From a candidate division FCPU426 bacterium (GTDB lineage Bacteria > Oederibacteriota > Muellerivitia > Muellerivitales > Muellerivitaceae), in NCBI GenBank assembly GCA_963796105.1, contig CAWCKJ010000002.1, positions 96,001-160,000 on the forward strand: a stretch of DNA of 64,000 nt, given 5' to 3'. Below the pieces are notes generated by a model that had not been told where the DNA came from, ran no database searches, and saw nothing but the letters and a program-made list of their open reading frames with translations. The position numbers and the translations under genes were made by a program. Of this stretch, positions 18,647 to 27,643 are shown one piece after another (within the stretch, counting starts at the first letter, position 1; every line of letters begins with the position of its first letter).

Positions 18647-20057
18647 CCCTCTCATAGTTGAAAAGAAGGTGGTGGCTCCTCTGCCCAGACTGTAAAGTCT
18701 GGGTGACCAATTTTTTTAAAAAAGAGAGGAAACCACCATGAAAAAGTTACACCGTAGTGCCTTGAAAGGCGACAAGAATCTTTGGCAGATGCCGCTCAGC
18801 CCGGAAGATCGGGTGGCAATGATTCAGGACGGGCTTAACAGCTTGGCTTACCAGTTAGGGGTGATGGCGGCCCAAGAGTTTTTGCAGGCTGAAATCAAAG
18901 ACTTTTGTGGTCCCCGATACCAACGCCAGCCGGAACGGTCGATCAGCCGTTGGGGAAGTCAAGGCGGAACCGTGGTTTTAGCGGGCCGAAAAGTGCCCAT
19001 CCTCAAGCCCCGGGCTCGGATGAAAGACGGCCGTGAGATCGTTTTAGAAACCTACCAGAAACTCCAAAATCCCGAAGCCATACCTGAAAGCGCCCTTCGG
19101 CATATGGTTCGAGGGGTTTCCTGCCGGGAGTACGAAGGTTGCCTGGAACCGTTGGCCAAAGGCTTTGGGATGAAGCGCTCTTGCGTGAGTCGAGGGTTCG
19201 TAAAGGCCTCGGCGAAACAGATGAAATTACTTGCGGAAAGGCGTTTTGAGGGCCAAGAGTTTCTGGCGGTATTCATCGACGGAGTGCCCTATGGGGGCGA
19301 GATGATGGTAGTAGCCCTGGGAGTGAAAGGCGGAAAAGACGCTGGAAAGAAAGTTATTTTGGGGCTTCGTCAAGGGGCCACGGAGAACGCCCAGGTCTGT
19401 AGCGACCTGCTGACGGACTTGAGGGACCGGGGTCTTTCCTTTGGAAATCCGATGTTGTTCATACTGGATGGGTCCAAGGCTCTGACGGCAGCCGTGAAAC
19501 GGCTTTGTGGGGAAAAAGCGAAAATCCAACGTTGTCAGCAGCACAAAATCCGAAACGTGCTGGGCTATGTGACTAAAAAACATCAAGACGAAATCCGCGA
19601 TCGCATGGCCGAAGCTTACGCCTGCCAGGATTGGCGAGAAGGGGAGAAACGCCTGAATACCCTGGCCGCCTGGCTGACGCGGATTAACCCAGATGCCGCC
19701 GCCAGCCTGAGGGAAGGCCTTGAAGAAACTCTGACGGTGGTCAAACTGGGCCTCCCTGCGGTGTTGGCGAAAAGCTTAGTGACGACGAACCCCATCGAGT
19801 CGGCATTCAGTGTGGCGGGCAAGGTGACCGGGAGGGTGAAACGGTGGCGAGGTGGAGACATGCGCCGACGCTGGTTAACGGCGGGCCTGATGCGGGCCGA
19901 AGAGGCTTTCAGACGCCTGAAGGGATACAGGGAAATTCCAATCTTACAGGCGGCTTTGAGGAGGTGTACGGCGAACGACGTTGACGGGGAAACAGCTGCG
20001 GCTTAAGGTAGTCAAATCGGAGCCGCCACGAATTTCAACTGACGGCGGGACAACTTC
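18647..20057 (+). mobile_element. IS256-family insertion sequence, left tip apparently truncated
   Basis: Left ccctctcatagttgaaaagaaggtggtggctcc versus right ggagccgccacgaatttcaactgacggcgggacaacttc. Confidence 0.8.
18738..20006 (+). CDS. IS256-family transposase
   Basis: GVSCREY, VFIDG, ILDGSKAL, QRCQQHK.RN and TTNPIES motifs. Confidence 0.95.
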   Translation: MKKLHRSALKGDKNLWQMPLSPEDRVAMIQDGLNSLAYQLGVMAAQEFLQAEIKDFCGPRYQRQPERSISRWGSQGGTVVLAGRKVPILKPRARMKDGREIVLETYQKLQNPEAIPESALRHMVRGVSCREYEGCLEPLAKGFGMKRSCVSRGFVKASAKQMKLLAERRFEGQEFLAVFIDGVPYGGEMMVVALGVKGGKDAGKKVILGLRQGATENAQVCSDLLTDLRDRGLSFGNPMLFILDGSKALTAAVKRLCGEKAKIQRCQQHKIRNVLGYVTKKHQDEIRDRMAEAYACQDWREGEKRLNTLAAWLTRINPDAAASLREGLEETLTVVKLGLPAVLAKSLVTTNPIESAFSVAGKVTGRVKRWRGGDMRRRWLTAGLMRAEEAFRRLKGYREIPILQAALRRCTANDVDGETAAA

Positions 20058-20058
20058 G

Positions 20059-20294
20059 CCGATTTTCCATAAATCAGTTAATGAAATCGGTGCTATACCG
20101 AACTTTCCTTTTAAGCCTTATGGTGGTTTAGCATGAGTTCCTGTGCCAATCTTCCTTTAAGCATATGTGGAGATTGGTACGATACCAGCCCCCTATTAGT
20201 TTTATGGAGGGCTGGCATGTGCCAATCTTCCATAAAGATTAAATGGAGATTGGTACGATACCAGCCACCCTATTAGTTTTATGGAGGGCTGGCA
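20059..20294 (+). repeat. Three element A units continuing the array on the far side of the IS pair
   Basis: ccgattttccata...; two ccaatcttcc...ggca units; ends TGTG-GTTAGA. Confidence 0.85.
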
Positions 20295-20534
20295 TGTGGT
20301 TAGATGTTGAAGTTATTGGTTTTGATGGTTTTAGCCGTACCCCAAAGAATGCCTTACCGTGTTCTCTGTGGTTTCGAAGAAACCCGTGGTGAGAAATTGT
20401 TGCTTTCAATTCATAATTTAAAATTCAAAACTTAAAATTCGCTCTTTTGCGCTCTGTGGTGAGAAGGTCGTTGCCTTCGATTCATAATTCAACACTCAAA
20501 ATTTAGAATTGTCCGCGGTTGATGGGTTTTTCCG

Positions 20535-21746
20535 TCAGGAAATTAAATGGGTGATGGGAACGGCCCAGAGGTTCTTGCCCAGGGGAAGGGTTTCCCGCCC
20601 TGTGGTGGCGAGTATCCCCATAGCGGGCCCCGCCTGGGCTTTCAGGAAGGCCTCCAATCCCCTCAGGTCATCCTTCCTGGGGCGGGAACCCCATTTGACC
20701 TCTACCGCCAGGGTTCTTTGACCCGATTCCAGGATGAAATCCACTTCGTGACGGCCTTGGATGTTCCAGTAAAAACCCCCGGCATCCGGTAAAACGGCCT
20801 CGGATAAGGCCAGCAAATTCTGCGCGACCCAATTCTCAAGGAGGGCGCCTTTCAAGGGATGATCCCCCTGGGACGCGCTCATACCGGTCAAATGGGCGGC
20901 CAAACCGGAGTCGGTGAAGTAGAGCTTTGAGGATTTCACGAGGCGGCTGGTTGGGTTTCCAAGGTACGGCGGCAGGCGGCGGATCAGGAAGGATGTTTCC
21001 AGGAGGGAAATGTACCGGGACAGGGTCATCACATTCATCTTCGCGTCCCGCGCCAGGTCGGAGAGGCTCAGGATACCGCCGGTTCTCAGCGCCGCCAGCC
21101 TCATCAACCTGCGGAACCCGGCCAGGTCGCCCACCTGGCTCAAGTCCCTTAAATCCCTCTCCAAATAGGTTTGGACATATCCCTGGAACCAAATCCCGGG
21201 TTTTTTGACCTCACCCAGGATGACACTCGGCATCCCGCCCCTGAGGACAGTCTCAAAGTCGAAGGCCTCGGCCTTGCCTTCCGGGGGGATCCCTTGAAGC
21301 AGGCTTCCCAATACAGGGGGGAAGGATGTCCTTTTCCGCGCCTCGCGGGCGGTAAAGGGCTGGAGTTCCATGTAAACCGCCCTTCCAGCCAGGCTTTCGG
21401 AGACGCTTTTCAGGAGCCGGAGGTTAGCCGACCCGCTCAGCAGGAATTGCCCGGGACGGCGGTGACGGTCCACCGCGCGTTTGACCGCCAAAAGAATTTC
21501 GGGAAACCGCTGGACCTCGTCCAAGGTGAGGGGGCCGCCCTCCAGGAAGGTTTCCGGGTCCCGTTGGGCGGCATCCAGGGTGGCAAAATCGTCGAAAGAG
21601 GCGTAACGCCGTTTCTTGAAGGCGGGATCAAGTTGGAGGAGCGTGCTTTTGCCGGCCTGGCGCGGCCCTGTCAGCGCCACGACAGGCATGTTCTCCAGGG
21701 CCTCCAGTAAACGGGGGGTGATCTCACGGGGATGGTAGTTAGTCAT
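20535..21746 (-). CDS. AAA ATPase with DUF4143 / C-terminal PD-(D/E)xK-like domain
   Basis: GPRQAGKST, LDEVQR, LSGS, ESLAGR, KLYFTDSGL, EVDFI and VEVK motifs. Confidence 0.9.
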   Translation of the reverse strand: MTNYHPREITPRLLEALENMPVVALTGPRQAGKSTLLQLDPAFKKRRYASFDDFATLDAAQRDPETFLEGGPLTLDEVQRFPEILLAVKRAVDRHRRPGQFLLSGSANLRLLKSVSESLAGRAVYMELQPFTAREARKRTSFPPVLGSLLQGIPPEGKAEAFDFETVLRGGMPSVILGEVKKPGIWFQGYVQTYLERDLRDLSQVGDLAGFRRLMRLAALRTGGILSLSDLARDAKMNVMTLSRYISLLETSFLIRRLPPYLGNPTSRLVKSSKLYFTDSGLAAHLTGMSASQGDHPLKGALLENWVAQNLLALSEAVLPDAGGFYWNIQGRHEVDFILESGQRTLAVEVKWGSRPRKDDLRGLEAFLKAQAGPAMGILATTGRETLPLGKNLWAVPITHLIS

Positions 21747-21963
21747 AACTTAACTATAAATGTTAAAATATGACAAGGTCAAGGGGATTCTTGGGGTTTG
21801 TGAATGCCAGGTTGTTGCCTTTTATTTATCATTCTACATTGCCTGGCGGTGAGCGGAAAACCCGTTCTTCGTTTATTGAATCCATCATTGTTCATTGTAC
21901 ATTTTTCATTTTATTCAGCTGTGCACATGGCGCAGAAATGGGAAAGTGGGGAAGTGAATTATC

Positions 21964-22949
21964 CATGCTTCTGTATTAAGTGACCCTTGAAATAAAGGAA
22001 TACATAGGTATACTGTCCGCTACGGGAGGTGGTACATGAGCTACCAGCGGATGAAAAGCATTAAAATTCTGAGGAAAATCCACACGGAAGAAGAAGCCCG
22101 CCAATGGGTGTGGAGATGCCGTTTCGGCGGGAAAGACTTTGTTTGTCCCCAATGTGAGGGCGAAAGCTTCTGGCAACACCAGGCCAAGCCTGAAGTGAGG
22201 GAATGTGACTATTGCCGGAAACGTCTTCGGCTTCGCGCCGGGACGATTTTTGAAAGCTCCAAGCTGCCTCTTTTAACCTGGGTCAGGGCCATCAGTTTGA
22301 TGATGCAGGGCAAACGGGGTATTTCGGCCCTGGAACTGAAGCGGCATTTAAATCTTTCGGATCATTCGGCATGGCTTCTATTGCATAAGATCCGGGAAGG
22401 TCTTAGGCAAAAGGACGAAAGCTATACTCTAAAGGGCGTCATTGAGTTGGATGGGGCGGTTTTTGGGAAAAAGGCCAAGGAAAACCAAGTGGAAGTCTTG
22501 GTGGCGGTGGAAAGCAAGGAATGGGTGGATGAGAATGGTTGCAAGAAGGAAAAAGCGGGTTTTGCCAAGGTGAAGGTAGCTATGGAAACCAAGTGGGAGA
22601 GCCAGGAATTCGTGAATCAGACTATGGAAAAAGGCTCTTTCCTCAACACAGATGCTTCGCCAGCCTTGCGTGAACTCAAAGGAGTGGAGGCAGACTACCG
22701 GGTGATGGCCAATGACCCGAAAGAGTTGGAAAGTTGGTTGCCCTGGGTACACCGGTTCATTTCCAACGCCAAGGCCTGGATCATTGGAACTCATCATGGC
22801 GTTGATGCTAAGTATTTAGGCCGGTATCTAAGTGAATATGCCTATCGGTTCAACCGTCGTCATGATCCCGATTCCTTATTTCACCGTGCTTTGACCGCAT
22901 GTGCCTTAGCAAAACCCATTACAGCACGGTCACTTTGTGCATAAGCATA
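21964..22949 (+). mobile_element. IS1595-family element, copy 1 (986 bp)
   Basis: IRs catgcttctgtattaagtgacc / ggtcactttgtgcataagcata; 8-bp TSD gaattatc. Confidence 0.95.
22036..22944 (+). CDS. IS1595 transposase
   Basis: CPQC..CDYC zinc ribbon, AGTIFESSKLPL..W, IELD, HHGV..KYL..YL.E..YRFNRR. Confidence 0.95.
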   Translation: MSYQRMKSIKILRKIHTEEEARQWVWRCRFGGKDFVCPQCEGESFWQHQAKPEVRECDYCRKRLRLRAGTIFESSKLPLLTWVRAISLMMQGKRGISALELKRHLNLSDHSAWLLLHKIREGLRQKDESYTLKGVIELDGAVFGKKAKENQVEVLVAVESKEWVDENGCKKEKAGFAKVKVAMETKWESQEFVNQTMEKGSFLNTDASPALRELKGVEADYRVMANDPKELESWLPWVHRFISNAKAWIIGTHHGVDAKYLGRYLSEYAYRFNRRHDPDSLFHRALTACALAKPITARSLCA

Positions 22950-23056
22950 GAATTATCCAATTGACACCCTTTACCGGGTCGCTATTGCCCTGGAATGCAG
23001 CGTACCTGATCTTCTTATAAGTCCCACCACGTTATGGCCCTTTACGGGGAGACTTT

Positions 23057-23270
23057 CCAAGCAGCCAAAAACCCCCAAATAGGGTTAAGTGAATTGATTC
23101 GCTGATTTCGTGTTGTTTCCTGAAATTCATAATTCAAAATTTAAAATTGATTTTCCGGGTCGTCCTTCCAAACAGCCAAAACCCACCAAAACAGGGTTAA
23201 GTGAATTGATTCGCTGATTCCGTGTGTTTTCCTGAAATTTAAAATTCAAAATTTAGAATTCAAAATTGTC
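23057..23270 (+). repeat. Two direct copies of an approximately 90-bp segment ending in heptamer repeats
   Basis: cagccaaaa...agggttaagtgaattgattcgctgatt...cctgaaatt..aattcaaaattt occurs twice. Confidence 0.75.
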
Positions 23271-23318
23271 TTTAATATGCCTCGATTGTCTTTCTGAAAG
23301 ATAAACAGTGATTGGGAT

Positions 23319-23825
23319 TTAACGCTTTTTCCTGGTAAGAACCTTCGATTTGGTTTTGCGGACTCTTCGATGGGTTCGTTTGGATTCACCACTGGAGGAT
23401 TGAAGAGGCTGGTAAACGGCATGGGATTCGTTTAGAACAGAATCGCTTTCGGGATTTATTTCACCGAGGGGTAGGCGCCTGATTCGATGTTGTTTCTTAT
23501 CTACTACCACTACACAGCCGGCCAAAAGGGGTTCAACTGAGTCGGCCAAGATCGTCTGGAGACGGCGGATGATTTCGGGATGCTTTACTTTTTGGATTCG
23601 GAAAAGGATGATGCTCGCGCGCTTTTCCCGAGTTAAAAAAGCGATCCTATTAAAATCCAGGTCGAAGGTTAAGAGGATACGTTCTTCAGAACGAGCTTTT
23701 TGGAAGATAAGCTCATCAGACGCGCGGTGTAAGCCCTGATCCCTCAGATGGATTACGTCATGTCCTTGGCTGCTCAGCCATGATGCGACACGGATATCCA
23801 CCCCCATGTCCGCTAGGAATTTCAT
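23319..23825 (-). CDS. DUF5615 PIN-like toxin with basic C-terminal extension
   Basis: MKFLADM, GHDV.H, DELI, LLTFDLDF, RIRRLP. Confidence 0.85.
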   Translation of the reverse strand: MKFLADMGVDIRVASWLSSQGHDVIHLRDQGLHRASDELIFQKARSEERILLTFDLDFNRIAFLTREKRASIILFRIQKVKHPEIIRRLQTILADSVEPLLAGCVVVVDKKQHRIRRLPLGEINPESDSVLNESHAVYQPLQSSSGESKRTHRRVRKTKSKVLTRKKR

Positions 23826-23828
23826 TAA

Positions 23829-24077
23829 TCAGGGAGTTAAAACAGTATCTTGGGTTAGCCACGCCGCGTATTCGAGGGCTTGCCGGATATCCGCTGGTTC
23901 CAAATCGGGATAACCAGCCAAGATCTCGTCTACCGTAGAGCCAGCGGCTACTTGATTAAGCACTATCGAAATGGGTATCCGCATTCCGCGAATGCAAGCT
24001 TTCCCGCCCATTATTTGAGGGCTAAAAGTAATACGGTCGAACTTCACGTTAATACCTCCAGGGGATACCCCCCCCAA
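23829..24077 (-). CDS. DUF433 antitoxin
   Basis: RITFSPQIMGGKACIRGMRIP...EIL..YPDL...DIRQALEYAA; true start may be internal. Confidence 0.9.
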   Translation of the reverse strand: MGGVSPGGINVKFDRITFSPQIMGGKACIRGMRIPISIVLNQVAAGSTVDEILAGYPDLEPADIRQALEYAAWLTQDTVLTP

Positions 24078-24171
24078 TGTGATTGTTTAGAAGTCTATTA
24101 TCTCTTTTCCACATGGTTGCTTCAAGTCGGGTATAAAATGCTGATTTTTCAACAAATCCCCTGAATCCGTG

Positions 24172-24244
24172 CCGATCATCTATAAAAATATATTGAGATC
24201 GGTACTGTACCAGCCACCATCAACTGCCTTATGGCAGGCTGGCA
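24172..24244 (+). repeat. Element A unit flanked by CGTG/CGTG
   Basis: cctgaatc-cgtg-[ccgatc...ggca]-cgtg-gcaaaa; empty host inverted near 54110-54127. Confidence 0.85.
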
Positions 24245-24343
24245 CGTGGCAAAATGAGGTGATGTGTTTTTGTTTTAACTGTGTACTTTGTGGTTTCGAA
24301 GAAACCCGTGGTGAAAAGTAGTTGTTGTTGCTGAGTCTCTGCG

Positions 24344-25263
24344 CCGATTCACCAAAAAGCAGTAAATGAAATCGGTGCGATACCAGCCACATTATTAGTT
24401 TTATGGAGGGCTGGCATGCGCCGATTCACCAAAAAGCAGTAAATGAAATCGGTGCGATACCAGCCACATTATTAGTTTTATGGAGGGCTGGCATGCGCCG
24501 ATTCACCATAAAGCAGTTAAGGGAATCGGTGCTATACAGGCCGCATGAGGCTGCCAGCCGAGTGCGACGGTTGCCAGCGCATGCCAGCCTTCCATAAGGC
24601 TGTTATGGGGGCTGGTATTGCACTGATCTCAAAATCCTTTTATGGTTGATCAGCGCATGCCAGCCTTCCATAAGGCTGTTATGGGGGCTGGTATTGCACT
24701 GATCTCAAAATCCTTTTATGGTTGATCAGCGCATGCCAGCCTTCCATAAGGCTGTTATGGGGGCTGGTATTGCACTGATCTCAAAATCCTTTTATGGTTG
24801 ATCAGCGCATGCCAGCCTTCCATAAGGCTGTTATGGGGGCTGGTATTGCACTGATCTCAAAATCCTTTTATGGTTGATCAGCGCATGCCAGCCTTCCATA
24901 AGGCTGTTATGGGGGCTGGTATTGCACTGATCTCAAAATCCTTTTATGGTTGATCAGCGCATGCCAGCCTTCCATAAGGCTGTTATGGGGGCTGGTATTG
25001 CACTGATCTCAAAATCCTTTTATGGTTGATCAGCGCATGCCAGCCTTCCATAAGGCTGTTATGGGGGCTGGTATTGCACTGATCTCAAAATCCTTTTATG
25101 GTTGATCAGCGCATGCCAGCCTTCCATAAGGCTGTTATGGGGGCTGGTATTGCACTGATCTCAAAATCCTTTTATGGTTGATCAGCGCAGATTTAATGTA
25201 AATCTGTACCGAACTTTCATTAAAAGTTTTATAGAGAAAATGGCTTTGCCATTTTAGTGGGCA
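24344..25263 (+). repeat. Three element A units; the third contains B (24537-25206), which contains an inverted A array, plus hairpin C
   Basis: Units at 24344, 24421 and 24498; TA-[cagg...tctg]-TA. Confidence 0.85.
24582..25189 (-). repeat. Perfect tandem array of 8 x 76-bp element A units
   Basis: tgccagccttccataagg starts every 76 bp from 24582 to 25114. Confidence 0.95.
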
Positions 25264-25356
25264 TGTAGTGAAACGTTGAAGTTAATGGTTTTGCTGTTGA
25301 TTGCATTTTTCATTCTACATTGTCCATTCTTCATTGCCGTTTTGTTGCCTTGTGTG

Positions 25357-26442
25357 TTAAGCCGGGATTCTTTGGGATTCCTCGGGAATGATCCTCAAAT
25401 CGAGTTTGACCGATTTCCGGATGATCGTAAGGGATGTTATCTCCCCCAGTTTTTCCTCGCACAGGAGCCGGTGCAAGTCGTCCATGTTCTCCACCGGGCT
25501 TCCCTGGAACTCCACGAGGACGTCTCTTTCCATCAGGCCGGCCCTCTTGGCGGGGCTGTCATCCTCCACTGCCACGATCAGGACGCCTTTTTCAGCGGAC
25601 AGGCCGAAGTGCCGGGCGATCTGCCGGGGGATGTCGATGTTCTGGCCTCCAATCCCGATATAGCCGCGCCGGACCCTCCCGTATTTCATGATCTGCATGG
25701 CCGCCCGCTTGGCCGTGTCGATGGCGATGGCGAAACAAAGGCCCTGGGCCGAGGGGATCATGGCGGTATTGACCCCTACCACCTCCCCGCGAGAGTTGAC
25801 CAGGGGGCCTCCCGAATTGCCGGGGTTCAGGGCCGCGTCGGTCTGGATGATGTTGTCGATGAGCCGTCCCGATTGCGACCGGAGGGAGCGCCCGAGGGCG
25901 GATACCACGCCCGCGGTCACGGTGGTCTGGAAGCCCAGGGGGCTTCCGATGGCCGCAACCAGCTGGCCTGGCCGCAGGGCCTGGGAAGAGCCCAGGACCG
26001 CCGGATGGAAACCGGAGGCGTCATCCACCCGGACGACTGCCAGGTCCGAATCGGGGTCCTCGCCGATCAGGCGGCCGGGGTGGGAACTGCCGTCCAGCAG
26101 GGTGATTTCCATTTCCTGGGCGCCGCGCACCACGTGGCTGTTGGTCAAAAGGAACCCATCCGGGGTGAAGAAGAAACCGGACCCGCTTCCCGCCTTGCGG
26201 GGGGAATGGGCGGATTCCCGGTACCGGGGGTCCTTCTGGAAAACGTCGATGTTCACGACCGCGGGGCTGGCCTTTTCCGAGGCGTAAATGACGGAGCTGG
26301 AGTAGGCGTCCAAGAGGCCCTCGTTATCATAGGGAGGCTGGGCTTCCTGGGCGCGGTTGGGCTGGCGGTTATCAAACGAGAGAAATTGAATGGATTTCAT
26401 GACGGCCTCCCATTCCGAAAACAATAGGAAGATGGACGCCAA
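25357..26442 (-). CDS. HtrA/DegP-like serine protease with PDZ domain
   Basis: GSGSGF, LTNSHVV, DLAV, IQTDAALNPGNSGGPL, SPAKRAGL; likely start 26400. Confidence 0.92.
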   Translation of the reverse strand: MASIFLLFSEWEAVMKSIQFLSFDNRQPNRAQEAQPPYDNEGLLDAYSSSVIYASEKASPAVVNIDVFQKDPRYRESAHSPRKAGSGSGFFFTPDGFLLTNSHVVRGAQEMEITLLDGSSHPGRLIGEDPDSDLAVVRVDDASGFHPAVLGSSQALRPGQLVAAIGSPLGFQTTVTAGVVSALGRSLRSQSGRLIDNIIQTDAALNPGNSGGPLVNSRGEVVGVNTAMIPSAQGLCFAIAIDTAKRAAMQIMKYGRVRRGYIGIGGQNIDIPRQIARHFGLSAEKGVLIVAVEDDSPAKRAGLMERDVLVEFQGSPVENMDDLHRLLCEEKLGEITSLTIIRKSVKLDLRIIPEESQRIPA

Positions 26443-26595
26443 AATCCAACACGAGGGGTTAAAAAACAGGAAAAATAAAGGATTACTTGAAATGAATATT
26501 TCCGGCTGTTGGTTGGTTGTTCCGCGGTTTCTTAAAATTTGCCTGAAAATTTAGAATTGCCTTTATAGAGACTGACTCCAAAAGTATAGCTCTTG

Positions 26596-27096
26596 TTAAA
26601 TTCGACCCAAAAAATCACGGGCTTTTATGATTTCAATATCTTGATAATGGACCAGCGATAAAAGATCCTGGCGGTCACCGCTGACGATAAACGAGCAAAA
26701 TCCATCCACCGCGCATTCAAGGACGCGGTTATCGGCGGGACAGCGGCTGATGATATTAACCTTCGCGTTTGGGGTTATTATTTCGGCAATATCGAAAAGA
26801 GGTTTGGTAAGGACCCGTGTTTCATTTGGGGTCAAACCGAATTTAGCGGTTTTAAGAACACGCTTTGTTTCTTCCATCAGGAAAGGTGAGGTAATACAAG
26901 CGAATCGACGGTCTAAAGCCGCTTGAATGACCTTTAAAGGGATGCCGCCAAAAAGAAGTCCTGATACCACGACATTCGTCAAGGGACGACCCCACGGGTC
27001 GCCACTTGGGCGGGAACTGAGACTCGCCCAAATACACGGCTAGGCCCGGGAAAAATCCGGGCCAAGGAAGCCGGTATCAATGACCGCCCTAATCAA
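26596..27096 (-). pseudogene. PIN-domain toxin interrupted by element E
   Basis: Reconstructed start TTG 27096 gives (M)IRAVIDT|NVVVSG...CPADNRVLECA..IVSGD; the 96-bp insert contains an in-frame TAG. Confidence 0.8.
26978..27073 (-). mobile_element. Element E copy (96 bp)
   Basis: Minus strand GATAC|cggcttcc...gtcgtcccttgac|GAAT. Confidence 0.8.
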
Positions 27097-27332
27097 AAGC
27101 GCTTCCTCATTTCAGATAGGGACTCCTCGACATCAGTGGGGGTTAAACCCTTCTTTTTCAGGCGCTTCGATACGGTCTTCCTTGTCTCCTCGAATTCCTG
27201 GAGGACCATATATTTACGGACGGCTTCCCGGATGTATTCGCTCACCGTTCGGTGCTCATATTCAGCGTGCCGTTGGATATCCTTTTCAAACTGCGGCGGT
27301 AGGGAAACGGTGATGACTTTGCTGGTTCTCAT
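27093..27332 (-). CDS. CopG/RHH antitoxin
   Basis: MRTSKVITVSLPP...A..EHRTVSEYIREAVRKY; stop overlaps the PIN start (TTGA). Confidence 0.85.
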   Translation of the reverse strand: MRTSKVITVSLPPQFEKDIQRHAEYEHRTVSEYIREAVRKYMVLQEFEETRKTVSKRLKKKGLTPTDVEESLSEMRKRF

Positions 27333-27643
27333 GTGGGTGACCTCCCAAGGATTTAACAGAAATTCCAATGTACTAACAAGTAATACATAGTAATAATAAT
27401 ATCCGCGCCGTTTTTTTCAATAAAAAATGAAATAAAGCGAATAATGCCTGTGGCTGCGGATTTATTCCACTGGTTCTAAGTAATTGTCTTCAATTCAAAA
27501 TTAAAAATTTAGAATTTGGATTTATTGAATCCCATGAATCCCATGAATCCCAGCTAAATGAAGATGTTGGTTTTGATGTTTTTAGTCTTACCTAAGGGAC
27601 GCTTTACCGTGTACCCCGTGGTTCTGAAAGAACCTGTGGTGAA

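Larger units (their letters stand above)
21927..23082 (+). pseudogene. XRE-type HTH remnant interrupted by IS1595
   Basis: Removing the IS and one TSD gives MAQKWESGEVNYPIDTLYRVAIALECSVPDLL..., similar to 16550-16795. Confidence 0.6.

Noticed and set aside
25276..26427. 383-aa plus-strand ORF and similar long antisense ORFs (6106-7101, 13642-14514, 33821-34696)
   Set aside because: They overlap well-supported genes on the opposite strand in GC-rich DNA
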